From assembly GCA_036513335.1 (NCBI GenBank), contig DATBZG010000080.1, positions 7,336 to 71,335 of the forward strand: a stretch of 64,000 nt of DNA, in the 5' to 3' direction. Below, in pieces: positions 41,185 to 49,695 of the stretch. Made by a program: the position numbers and the translations under genes. How positions within the stretch are numbered: the first letter of the stretch is position 1; each line of letters opens with the position of its first letter. The notes beneath the pieces are model-generated. The model saw only the letters and a list, made by a program, of their open reading frames with translations, ran no database searches and was not told the origin of the DNA. The stretch comes from Solirubrobacteraceae bacterium. GTDB lineage: Bacteria; Actinomycetota; Thermoleophilia; Solirubrobacterales; Solirubrobacteraceae.

Positions 41185-42345
41185 CTAGGCAATCACCACC
41201 GACTCGAGGCTCTTCGAATACACGTTCGTGACCAGCACAGTCCGATCGTCCGGCAGCGCCACAACCTCGCGCGGCCACGCGCCGGCCGGGATCGTTCCCA
41301 GCAGCGCGGAGGAGCGATGTCGAAGCGCCGCCTCGACATCGACGACCGCGAGCGTCTGGGGCTGATCGGCGCCGCCGTACCGGTTCGAGTTCGCCGCCAC
41401 CACACGCGAGCCACCGGCCAACACGGCAAGCCCGGTCGGCGCGATCCCCACGCCGACCACCGCCCGCAGCGCCCGCGCGCGACCTGCGACGAGGCGCTCG
41501 CGGTCGAACGCCAGTAGTGAGTTGCTGCCTCGAGCGGTCACCCAGACGAGCTCCGGATCGGACGCCGACACGGCCACGCGCACGGGAGTGTGCCCCGCCG
41601 GCAGGGACACGACCGCGACACGCTCCGGAGCTTCGACGAGGTCGGCGACGACGAGCACGGACAACACCCCCGGCTGGCGTCCGCGTCGGTCGCGCTGGCT
41701 TGTCACGAACAGATGCTGACCATCGGCGGAGCAGACGGCGCCGACCGGGCCCGGGGGCAGCGCGGTCTGACCGACCAGCGCAGCGCGCGGGCTGTCCGAG
41801 CCGAGCGAGCCACCGAAGTCGAAGACCGACAACGTGGCGCTGTCCTCGTCTGTGACAAACGCGAAGCGCCCCGCGGGCTCCAGCGCGATCTGCACCGAGC
41901 CGCGGGCGGGCGCAGAGACGACAGCGTGGAATGGCTCATCGGTAGCGGCCCTCAGCGCCTGCGCGTCGGCGACCAGGAGCCCTCCGGCGCCGTTGGCGAT
42001 CAGCACATGACGACCGGTGCGCTCGACAGCGATGCCCCGCGGGATCAGCTCGTCCCCAAGCCAAACCACGCCGTCCACGCGCCACGGGGACCCGGCGGAC
42101 AGCGAGACCAGTCCGCGGTGCCCGGCCCGCGGCATCGACACGAACGCACGCTCGCCGCCCGGCGAGACAGCGACCGAGAACGGCCACGCGGGAAGCTCCG
42201 TGAACTGCGGGGTGACTCCTGGGATCTCGGGTGCGCTGCGCGGACGGCGCCGTCCGCCGGGCGACAGTGGAGATCGGAGAGCGCGCACGGGCGTCTGGAA
42301 TGTACCGGTGTGTGGCCGCGCCACGGCCCATGCGAAGGCCTGCAT
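41185..42345 (-). CDS. beta-propeller repeat protein (YncE/lactonase-like, YVTN-type repeats)
   Basis: The C-terminal 386 codons of ORF 41185..43533 show a repeated pattern: GPVGAVCSADGQHLFVTSQ, HTPVRVAVSASDPELVWVTARGSNSLLAFD, GIAPTGLAVLAGGSRVVAANSN. The start (ATG 42345) is uncertain. Confidence 0.65.
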   Translation of the reverse strand: MQAFAWAVARPHTGTFQTPVRALRSPLSPGGRRRPRSAPEIPGVTPQFTELPAWPFSVAVSPGGERAFVSMPRAGHRGLVSLSAGSPWRVDGVVWLGDELIPRGIAVERTGRHVLIANGAGGLLVADAQALRAATDEPFHAVVSAPARGSVQIALEPAGRFAFVTDEDSATLSVFDFGGSLGSDSPRAALVGQTALPPGPVGAVCSADGQHLFVTSQRDRRGRQPGVLSVLVVADLVEAPERVAVVSLPAGHTPVRVAVSASDPELVWVTARGSNSLLAFDRERLVAGRARALRAVVGVGIAPTGLAVLAGGSRVVAANSNRYGGADQPQTLAVVDVEAALRHRSSALLGTIPAGAWPREVVALPDDRTVLVTNVYSKSLESVVIA

Positions 42346-42465
42346 TGGGCTTCTCGAACGCTTTACCAGCACACGATTGGCTGGTATAAGTTCCGGACGC
42401 CGTTCGGGATGGGCAGGATGCTCACCGCGGTGAAAAGGACAGCGACCGAGATCGGGGGGCGACGG

Positions 42466-42708
42466 ATGGCGACCACAGACCGCGTGCGCGACTTCATCAT
42501 GGATGAGCTTCGATGGCGAGGCAACCGCGCCGATCTCACCGACGACTACCCCCTGCTCGAGAACGGGGTGATCGACTCGCTGGGCCTGTTGCGGATCGTG
42601 GAGTTCCTGGAGTCGCAATGCGGCGCGGAGATCGACGATCGCGAACTGGTGCCGACGAACTTCGCCACGCTCGCCGCGATCGCGCGGCTCGCGGAACCCT
42701 CGCAGTAG
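42466..42708 (+). CDS. acyl/peptidyl carrier protein (DltC-like size)
   Basis: 80 aa with the phosphopantetheine attachment motif GVIDSLGLLRIVEFLE. ATG 42466 follows a G-rich SD-like run. Confidence 0.85.
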   Translation: MATTDRVRDFIMDELRWRGNRADLTDDYPLLENGVIDSLGLLRIVEFLESQCGAEIDDRELVPTNFATLAAIARLAEPSQ

Positions 42709-42711
42709 ACG

Positions 42712-43602
42712 ATGCGCGACGCCGGGGCGAACGTGGCCACGCGCATCGACGAGGAGCTCGGATTCGTCGAGGAGGCAGGCTTCTTTGAGGGAGGGCTGTT
42801 CGGGGTCTCCTACAAGCCGACAGCTCGCACGCACGGGGCGGTCGTGATCTGCCCGGCGATCCTGTCGGAGTACGACCACACCTACAGCATCGATGTATCG
42901 CTCGCGCGTGCGCTGGCCGCTCGCGGCATCGCCGTTCACCGACTTCACTACCGCGGCAGCGGCCACAGCGACGGGGAGCCCTCGGACATGACCTTCGAGA
43001 GGATGCTCGAGGACGCGCTGGCCGCGACCGTCCGATTCGCCGCGGAGGTCGGCGTCGAGCAGCCGCTGATCCTGGGGGTGCGCTTCGGGTCGCTCGTGGC
43101 GGCCGCCGTCGCAGCCGGCAGCGGCGGCTCGCCGCTCGTGCTCTGGGACCCGGCGCTGAGCGGACGCGCGTACTTCCGCGATGCATGGCGCGCCGACATG
43201 ATGTTCCAGATCAACGAGGGCGCGAAGCCGGCCACGCGCGACGCGTTCCCGGCGCTGCTCGAGCGCGACAACCAGGTCGACGTGCTGGGCTATCCGATCG
43301 GCAAGGCCCTGTACGACAGTGCTCTGGAGCGCAGCCTCGTGGACGAAGTCGGCGATCGTGCGCGGAGGATCCTGATCCTCCGCGGTGGCCCGCCGGCGTC
43401 TGCCCGGCCAAAGCTCGACGAGGCCGTCGAGGAGCTTCGCGGCCGGGGCTGCAAGGTCGACGTGGAGGTACTCGACGACGCGTTGATCCTGTGGTTCCAG
43501 GGACCTGAAATGCGCCGCAACGCGAGACCGCACGTCGCTGAGCTGATCGCGCGCACGGTCGACTGGATCAAGCGCGAGTTGGTGAAGGACGCCGTCGCAT
43601 GA
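42712..43602 (+). CDS. alpha/beta-hydrolase-fold protein with Arg at the nucleophile-elbow position
   Basis: Starts 4 nt after the carrier-protein stop. GAVVICPAILSEYDH, HYRGSGHSDGE and the elbow LILGVRFGSLVAAAVA (G-V-R-F-G at 43075-43089). Confidence 0.8.
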   Translation: MRDAGANVATRIDEELGFVEEAGFFEGGLFGVSYKPTARTHGAVVICPAILSEYDHTYSIDVSLARALAARGIAVHRLHYRGSGHSDGEPSDMTFERMLEDALAATVRFAAEVGVEQPLILGVRFGSLVAAAVAAGSGGSPLVLWDPALSGRAYFRDAWRADMMFQINEGAKPATRDAFPALLERDNQVDVLGYPIGKALYDSALERSLVDEVGDRARRILILRGGPPASARPKLDEAVEELRGRGCKVDVEVLDDALILWFQGPEMRRNARPHVAELIARTVDWIKRELVKDAVA

Positions 43603-44525
43603 GCCGTCTCGCGACCACGCGTGAGGAGACGCCCTTCTTCGTCCACGCGGGCGGCGAGGACATCTTCGGCGTGCTCACCGCGCCCACGGTCGAGCCGAGA
43701 GGTATCGCCGCACTGGTCCTCACCGGCGGCGCCTTCGTGGGCGCCACTAACCGCAATCGCGTGTCCGTGCGGATCGCTCGCGACCTCGCGGCGATGGGCT
43801 TCCACGCTGTGCGGATGGACTACCACGGCGTCGGTGACAGCACCGGCGACATCGACACCTATCCGCTCGACCGCCCGTTCGTGGAGGACATCCTGCCCGC
43901 CGTGCAGGTGATGCAGGAGCGCGGCGTCGATCGCTGCGTGTTTGTCGGCACGACATGCTTCGGTGCGCGCACCGCGCTCTCGACGGCGGCCAAGGTCCCC
44001 AACGTAAGCGGCGTCGTGCTGCTGGCGGCGCCGATCCGCGACTACCCGAACTCGGTCAACCCAGACGCCACGCCTACACAGCACTACGTCAGGCGAGCGC
44101 TCTCTCCGCGGACGCTCGCGACCCTGCGCGATCCCGCTAAGCGGCGTCAGTACGCCACCACGGCGCGTTGGAAGGCCGGCTCGGCGGCCGGCAAGGTACG
44201 CAGCCGTCTGCTTCCTGGCGAGGCAGCGCCGGTCGCCGACGGGATGAGCTCCAGCTTCTACGAGCCGTTGGCCGAGCTCGCCGAGCGCAGGGTCCCGGTG
44301 CTGATCGGCTACGGCGTGGAAGACAGGTTCTACTCCGAGTTCCTCCAGGCGCGAGCGAAGCCGCGCCTCGGCCGCCTGCTCGACGCACCCGGGTCGCGGA
44401 TCGAGCTGCGCACGGTCGAGGGGAGCATCCACGCGCTCAGAAGGATCAGCGCCCAGGATGCGATGGTGGCGCTGACGACCGACTGGCTCGCGGAGATCCA
44501 CGAGGGCGTCTCGAGGGCAGCATGA
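43599..44525 (+). CDS. alpha/beta-hydrolase-fold protein with Cys at the nucleophile-elbow position
   Basis: ATGA overlap with the upstream gene. ALVLTGGAFVGATNR, DYHGVGDSTGD and the elbow VFVGTTCFGARTA (Cys codon at 43956-43958). Confidence 0.8.
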   Translation: MSRLATTREETPFFVHAGGEDIFGVLTAPTVEPRGIAALVLTGGAFVGATNRNRVSVRIARDLAAMGFHAVRMDYHGVGDSTGDIDTYPLDRPFVEDILPAVQVMQERGVDRCVFVGTTCFGARTALSTAAKVPNVSGVVLLAAPIRDYPNSVNPDATPTQHYVRRALSPRTLATLRDPAKRRQYATTARWKAGSAAGKVRSRLLPGEAAPVADGMSSSFYEPLAELAERRVPVLIGYGVEDRFYSEFLQARAKPRLGRLLDAPGSRIELRTVEGSIHALRRISAQDAMVALTTDWLAEIHEGVSRAA

Positions 44526-44529
44526 AGCC

Positions 44530-46110
44530 TTGCGATACCTAGTCAGTCACCTGCTCGAGGAGTCGGCGCGCAACACGCCGGACGCTCCGGCGGTACTCGA
44601 CGGCGAGCGCGAGATCACCTACGTCGAACTCGAGCGACAGTCCAACCGGCTCGCGAACCTGCTCGTCGAGCTCGGCGTCGAGCGCGGCGAGAGGGTCGGC
44701 ATCTACCTGGACAAGTCGATCGAGTCGGTGGTGGCGATCTACGGGACACTCAAGGCCGGCGGCGCATACGTGCCGCTGGATCCCCAGGCGCCGCCCGCGC
44801 GGCTCGGCTACATCGCCCGCGACGCGAGTGTGCGCGTGCTCCTCAGCGGATGCGAGAAGCAAGAGGCCTGGCAGGCGCTGATGGCGGACGGTCCTGCGCT
44901 GCAGTCGCTCGTGGCGCTCAACGGAGCGCCTGGCGCGGGGCCGGAGGGGGTGCGGACGCTCGCCTCCAGCGACGTTGCCGGCGCATCCGACTCCCCGCCT
45001 GCGGTGCGCGTCGTCGATTGCGACCTCGCCTACATCCTCTACACGTCGGGGTCGACCGGTACCCCCAAGGGCGTGATGCTCACGCATCGCAACTGCCTCG
45101 CGTTCGTGGAGTGGGCCGTCGAGCAGTTCGCCGTGTGCGCGGAGGATCGACTCTCGAGCCACGCCCCGCTGCACTTCGACCTCTCCACATTCGATCTGTT
45201 CGCGGCCGCGGCTGCGGGGGCAGCGGTGGTGCTGGTACCGGCGCAGGCGTCCGTCTTCCCCAGCGAGATCCGCCGGTTCATCGAGAGCACAGAGATCACG
45301 GTCTGGTACTCCGTCCCGTCGATCCTCGCGATGCTCGTGATCCGCGGGGGTCTGGAGATCGGCGCCCTACCCACTCTGCGCAAGGTCCTGTTCGCCGGCG
45401 AGGTGTTCCCCACGGGCTACCTGAAGCGTCTGGTCGAGCTCCTGCCCCACGTCAGCTTCGCCAACCTATACGGCCCGACGGAGACCAACGTCTGCACCTG
45501 GTGGGAGGTGGGCGAGCTTCCTGAGGATTCCAGCGAGACGATCCCGATCGGCCGCGCGATCGCCAACGTAGACACGTTCGTCGTCACCGACGACGGCCGG
45601 GCCGCCGAAGCGGGCGAGGTCGGCGAGCTGTACGTCCGCGGCCCCACCGTCATGCAGGGCTACCTCGGCGATCCTGAGAAGACCGCCTCGAGACTGGTCG
45701 CGAACCCGTTCGGCGATGTCCTCGATCAGCGCGTCTACCGCACCGGGGATCTCGTCCAGGAGACGGTGCGCGGCGACTACCGCTTCCTCGGCCGACGCGA
45801 TAACCAGGTTAAGAGCCGCGGCTACCGGATCGAGCTGGGCGACGTGGAGGCGGCGATCCAGGCTCATCCGGCTGTCACGGAGTGCGCGGTGGTCGCGGTC
45901 CCGGACGACCTCGTGGGCAACCGCCTGTACGCGTTCGTGGCCGCCGGCGAGGAGACGCTCGACCCCCCTCTAGGCGCGTTCTGCGCCGAGCGAGTTCCCG
46001 GCTACATGATCCCGGAGCGCTTCGAGGTCAGCGATGCGCTGCCGCGGACCTCCACTGGCAAGATCGACCGCCCGGCATTGGCTGCCCGACTGAGCGCCAC
46101 TCAAGCCTGA
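44530..46110 (+). CDS. stand-alone amino-acid adenylation enzyme (ANL superfamily, DltA/NRPS A-domain-like)
   Basis: A-domain cores: LAYILYTSGSTGTPKGVMLTHRN, FDLSTFDLF, NLYGPTETN, YRTGDLV, GRRDNQVKSRGYRIELGDVE and PRTSTGKIDR. The start is TTG 44530, 4 nt after the upstream stop. Confidence 0.9.
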   Translation: MRYLVSHLLEESARNTPDAPAVLDGEREITYVELERQSNRLANLLVELGVERGERVGIYLDKSIESVVAIYGTLKAGGAYVPLDPQAPPARLGYIARDASVRVLLSGCEKQEAWQALMADGPALQSLVALNGAPGAGPEGVRTLASSDVAGASDSPPAVRVVDCDLAYILYTSGSTGTPKGVMLTHRNCLAFVEWAVEQFAVCAEDRLSSHAPLHFDLSTFDLFAAAAAGAAVVLVPAQASVFPSEIRRFIESTEITVWYSVPSILAMLVIRGGLEIGALPTLRKVLFAGEVFPTGYLKRLVELLPHVSFANLYGPTETNVCTWWEVGELPEDSSETIPIGRAIANVDTFVVTDDGRAAEAGEVGELYVRGPTVMQGYLGDPEKTASRLVANPFGDVLDQRVYRTGDLVQETVRGDYRFLGRRDNQVKSRGYRIELGDVEAAIQAHPAVTECAVVAVPDDLVGNRLYAFVAAGEETLDPPLGAFCAERVPGYMIPERFEVSDALPRTSTGKIDRPALAARLSATQA

Positions 46111-46160
46111 CCGTCCTGGACGTGGCGGAGCCGCGGCGATTCCGTTCGAGGCGCGGACAC

Positions 46161-46204
46161 GCAACCGATGGTTGCGCCTGGTAGCATTCGCAACCATGGG
46201 TTGC
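46161..46204. promoter_or_regulatory. two 15-bp palindromes GCAACC-N3-GGTTGC, candidate ArsR-family operators
   Basis: GCAACCGATGGTTGC (46161-46175) and GCAACCATGGGTTGC (46190-46204), 29 bp centre to centre. They sit immediately upstream of the SRPBCC-ArsR-DUF899 operon. Confidence 0.5.
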
Positions 46205-46225
46205 ACATCGACGAAAGGGACGCGC

Positions 46226-46708
46226 GTGGCCGCTGACAGAATCGAGCGAGAGATCGTGATCCAGGCGCCGGCGGAGGTCGTATGGGGCGTGATCACCGAG
46301 CCGAGCCAGATCAGCCGCTGGTTCAGCGACGAGGCCGAGGTGCAGGCGCGCGCCGGCGCGGACGGAACGCTTACGTGGAAGCCGGGAGGGCGCGGCGGTG
46401 ACAGGGAGGCGGACATGACCGTGGCGATCCGGGTCGTGGAGTCCGAGCCCTACAGCCGCTTCTCCTTCCGCTGGAACCACCCGGAGGGCACCACACCGGA
46501 TGAGAGCAACTCGGCGCTGGTCGAGTTCAGCCTCGCTGAGGAGGCGCGCGGCACCAGACTGCGGGTCGCCGAGAGCGCGATCGCCGCCGTCACGCACGAC
46601 GAGGACAGCATGGCTGCCTACCGCGAAAGCCATGAACACGGCTGGGGCAAGCATCTCGGGGAACTACTCGACTACGTCGCATCCGAGATACCGAGCGAGG
46701 CGCTTTGA
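46226..46708 (+). CDS. SRPBCC-superfamily protein (AHSA1/START-like)
   Basis: IEREIVIQAPAEVVWGVITEPSQISRWF is the typical N-terminus. The start is set at GTG 46226, after AAAGGGA. The ORF opens at 46172, inside the palindromes. Confidence 0.8.
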   Translation: MAADRIEREIVIQAPAEVVWGVITEPSQISRWFSDEAEVQARAGADGTLTWKPGGRGGDREADMTVAIRVVESEPYSRFSFRWNHPEGTTPDESNSALVEFSLAEEARGTRLRVAESAIAAVTHDEDSMAAYRESHEHGWGKHLGELLDYVASEIPSEAL

Positions 46709-47058
46709 AGGCCGGCGCGCTCGCCGAGGAGGACGCGCTGTGGGCGGCGGTTGCCGACCCGACGCGCCGGCGCGTGCTGGACGCGCTGCTCGAGCGAGGC
46801 GAGGCGACCACCACGACGCTCGCCGAGGAATTGCCGGTCACCCGGCAGGCCGTGGCCAAGCACCTCGTCGTGCTCGACCGCGTCGGCCTGGTGACCAGCG
46901 AACGGCACGGCCGCGAAGTCCGCTACGCCGTGCGCCCCGAACGGCTCGATGCCGCCAGCGAGGCGATGGCGCGCGTGGCGGCGCAGTGGGACAGGCGCCT
47001 GGCTCGGATCAAGCAGCTCGCCGAGTCAGTGCAGGCACAGACCGAGCTCCATTCCTAA
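46705..47058 (+). CDS. ArsR/SmtB-family transcriptional regulator
   Basis: VADPTRRRVLDALLERGEATTTTLAEELPVTRQAVAKHLVVLDRVGLV. The TTG start overlaps the upstream stop (TTGA). Confidence 0.85.
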   Translation: MKAGALAEEDALWAAVADPTRRRVLDALLERGEATTTTLAEELPVTRQAVAKHLVVLDRVGLVTSERHGREVRYAVRPERLDAASEAMARVAAQWDRRLARIKQLAESVQAQTELHS

Positions 47059-47078
47059 TGCCCAAGAAGGAGGCAACA

Positions 47079-47837
47079 ATGATTCACCACAAGACAGGCT
47101 CGCGCGAGGAGTGGCTGAAGGCGCGGCTCGAGCTGCTCGATGTCGAGAAGGACCTCACGCGCCGTAGCGACGAGGTGGCGCGCCTGCGGCGCGAGCTGCC
47201 GTGGGTTCCGATCGAGAAGGAGTACGTCTTCGAGACGGACGAGGGCCCGGCATCCCTTACGGATCTCTTTCGGGGACGCTCGCAGCTGCTCGTCTACCAC
47301 TTCATGTTCGGGCCGGATTTCACGGCGGGCTGCCCGTCTTGCTCGTCGATCGCCGACGGCTTCTCCGGCTCGGTGGTGCACCTCGCCAATCACGACGTCG
47401 CGTTCACCGCCATCTCGCGCGCACCGCTCGGCAAGCTTCAGGCATACAAGCAACGGATGGGCTGGAGCTTTCCCTGGGCCTCCTCATCGCCGAGCGACTT
47501 CAACCACGACTTTCACGTCACACACACCGACGAGGAATGGCAGTCGGGGGCCGTCGAGTACAACTTCTCCACCTCCGACTACCGGCCCGCGGAGAAGAGT
47601 CCGACGCTGATCGAGATCGCGGCGGGCGCTGGAACGGACCCGATGACGTACAGACAGGAGGGGCCGGGCATGAGCGCGTTCGCGCTGATTGACGGCGTCG
47701 TGTTCCACACATACTCGGCCTACGCACGAGGAGTCGACGGGCTCTGGGGGATGTACGCCTGGCTCGACCGCGCGCCGCTGGGTCGCAACGAGACCGGCGC
47801 CTGGTGGCGACGCCACGACGAATACGAGGAGGATTGA
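47079..47837 (+). CDS. DUF899-family thioredoxin-like protein
   Basis: AAGGAGG lies upstream of ATG 47079. EEWLKARLELLDVEKDLTRRSDEVARLRRELPWV, LLVYHFMFGPDFTAGCPSCS and VFHTYSAY are DUF899 hallmarks. Confidence 0.85.
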   Translation: MIHHKTGSREEWLKARLELLDVEKDLTRRSDEVARLRRELPWVPIEKEYVFETDEGPASLTDLFRGRSQLLVYHFMFGPDFTAGCPSCSSIADGFSGSVVHLANHDVAFTAISRAPLGKLQAYKQRMGWSFPWASSSPSDFNHDFHVTHTDEEWQSGAVEYNFSTSDYRPAEKSPTLIEIAAGAGTDPMTYRQEGPGMSAFALIDGVVFHTYSAYARGVDGLWGMYAWLDRAPLGRNETGAWWRRHDEYEED

Positions 47838-47888
47838 CCGCTCCAGCCTGACCTCTAAAGGCACAGGGCGCGTCGTGCCGGCCTTGAT

Positions 47889-48884
47889 CTACGGGCCGCG
47901 CACGGCGGGGCCGGCGCTCGCGGGCGCCATGCTGCTGATTGCCGGGCTCCTTGCAAGCATGAGCACGCCGAGCACCATCGAGGCGAGACCCAGAATCTGG
48001 CCGCTGACCTGCAGCGCACTCGTTCCGACGTGCTCGTGAAACAGCGTCTGGCCAATGAGGATCGCCACGAGCGGCTCGAGCACGGTGATCGCGGGGAGCG
48101 ACCACTTCAGGTCACCGGCCTGAAACGCACTCTGGTTGAGCACGAGGCCACCGACGCTCAGGACAACCAATACGTAGGGCGACCAATCGCCGAGCGCATG
48201 CCCTACGGAGATGCCCAGCCGGTGGCTTGTCCGCTCGGTGATCGCCGAGGTCGTCCCGAGAACGATGCCGGTGGCTGCGCCAAGCGCAAGCGACCGACGC
48301 TGTGGCGAGCCACGGCTGAAAGCGATCAGCGCTACCACCGCCGTTGTCGAGATGGCGGCGAGAAGGATCCAGCCCACGGTCGAGCCGCGCGGGTTGCCTG
48401 GCCCGGGCTGTGCGGCCGCGATGTACAACGCGATACCACCTAGGATCTGCGCGTTCGCCAGCCAGTCGCGTCGTGAGAACCTCCGATGCTGGGCTAGCGC
48501 GCTCGCACCGAGCGCCATCACCAGACCGGTCACAAAGATTGGCTGCACAAGCGCGAGCGAGCCTTTGCGCAACGCAATGAACTGCATCACATAGCCGGCT
48601 CCCCCGGCCACCATGCCCAGCAGCCACGTACGCCGTCGGGCCAGCACCACGAGCAGGTCGATCCGTAGCGAGTGCTCGGCGGCCTCTTTGCTGGCTGCCC
48701 GCTGCTCGAGTACCGAGGAGAGCGCGAAGAACGCAGCCCCCACGAGGGACTCCACGATCACGATCGCCGGGATGTAGGCGCGACCGAGTCTCTCGCGCAG
48801 ACGTTCGACGAAGCGTCCAGGGAGGCCCAGTGCGTGTGCGAGCCCGTGCACGTGGTGCGCGGTCGCGACCAATGTGTAACTCAC
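47889..48884 (-). CDS. DMT-like polytopic membrane transporter
   Basis: 331 aa with about 9-10 TM segments and a two-repeat layout. The family assignment is approximate. Confidence 0.65.
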   Translation of the reverse strand: MSYTLVATAHHVHGLAHALGLPGRFVERLRERLGRAYIPAIVIVESLVGAAFFALSSVLEQRAASKEAAEHSLRIDLLVVLARRRTWLLGMVAGGAGYVMQFIALRKGSLALVQPIFVTGLVMALGASALAQHRRFSRRDWLANAQILGGIALYIAAAQPGPGNPRGSTVGWILLAAISTTAVVALIAFSRGSPQRRSLALGAATGIVLGTTSAITERTSHRLGISVGHALGDWSPYVLVVLSVGGLVLNQSAFQAGDLKWSLPAITVLEPLVAILIGQTLFHEHVGTSALQVSGQILGLASMVLGVLMLARSPAISSMAPASAGPAVRGP

Positions 48885-49026
48885 GGGTCGAACCGGCTAA
48901 TGAGAACGTTGCGGCGCGGTGCGCAAGAAGCGCTGCAACACCTGATAGAGAGCGAAGAGGACCACCGTTGCCAACACTACCCAGACGATCTCACTTCGAT
49001 CGAGAAGGCGATCTCATTGGCTCACC

Positions 49027-49626
49027 GTGGCAGGTTATGATGCTCGCGTGACCCAGCCAACGCTGGCGACGCGCCGTCTGGCCGTTCCGGGTCGGCCGGC
49101 AACGCTTCGCCGGCTCACCGCCGCTGACGCTGTCCCGTTCGCTGCCCACATCGCCGGCGATCTGTCTCGGCTCGGAGAGCATCTTCCTTGGCCGGCGGCC
49201 ACATCCTCGGTCGACGGAGCTCGTGTCTGGCTGGAGAACCATGAGCTCGCCCGCGACGGGCGCGTGATCGCCGTTGGCGTCTGGGACGAGACCAGGCTGG
49301 TGGGCGGCGCCGTCCTCTTCCATCACGAGCCCGCCGCCGCGACGGTCGAGCTCGGATGTTGGGTGGTGGCGGAGGCCGAGGGGCGCGGCATCGCGGCGGC
49401 ATCCTGCCTGGCGCTACTGGAACTGGCGCGGGGCGGGCTGCGCGCTGAGCGCGTCGAGTGGCGCACGACGCCGGCGAACACACGCTCGCGGCGGCTCGCC
49501 GAACGTCTCGGCTTTCGCTACGAGGGCCGCCTGCGCTCGCGCTACGTCCTGCGTGACAAACGGCTCGACATCGACGTCCTCTCCCTTGTCGGCGAGGAGA
49601 TCGACGAGGCTCTCGTACTAGGCTGA
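49027..49626 (+). CDS. GNAT-family N-acetyltransferase (RimJ/RimL-like)
   Basis: VELGCWVVAEAEGRGIAAASCLALLE...ANTRSRRLAERLGFRYEGRLRS. The start is GTG 49027; GTG 49048 is an alternative. Confidence 0.8.
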   Translation: MAGYDARVTQPTLATRRLAVPGRPATLRRLTAADAVPFAAHIAGDLSRLGEHLPWPAATSSVDGARVWLENHELARDGRVIAVGVWDETRLVGGAVLFHHEPAAATVELGCWVVAEAEGRGIAAASCLALLELARGGLRAERVEWRTTPANTRSRRLAERLGFRYEGRLRSRYVLRDKRLDIDVLSLVGEEIDEALVLG

Positions 49627-49695
49627 GCGCTCGGGCGCGGGTGACGCTCCCGGGTGCTCGGTAGGAACTATGTCCTGGGGCCGGAGAGGAGACAC

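Noticed and set aside
42346-43533. The 5' 396 codons of the 782-codon minus-strand ORF 41185..43533.
   Set aside because: This part is antisense to the carrier-protein and first hydrolase genes, which have clear family motifs and coupled starts. Its translation is Arg/Ala/Pro-rich low-complexity sequence typical of GC-rich shadow frames. Only the 3' 386 codons, which show propeller repeats, look genuine.
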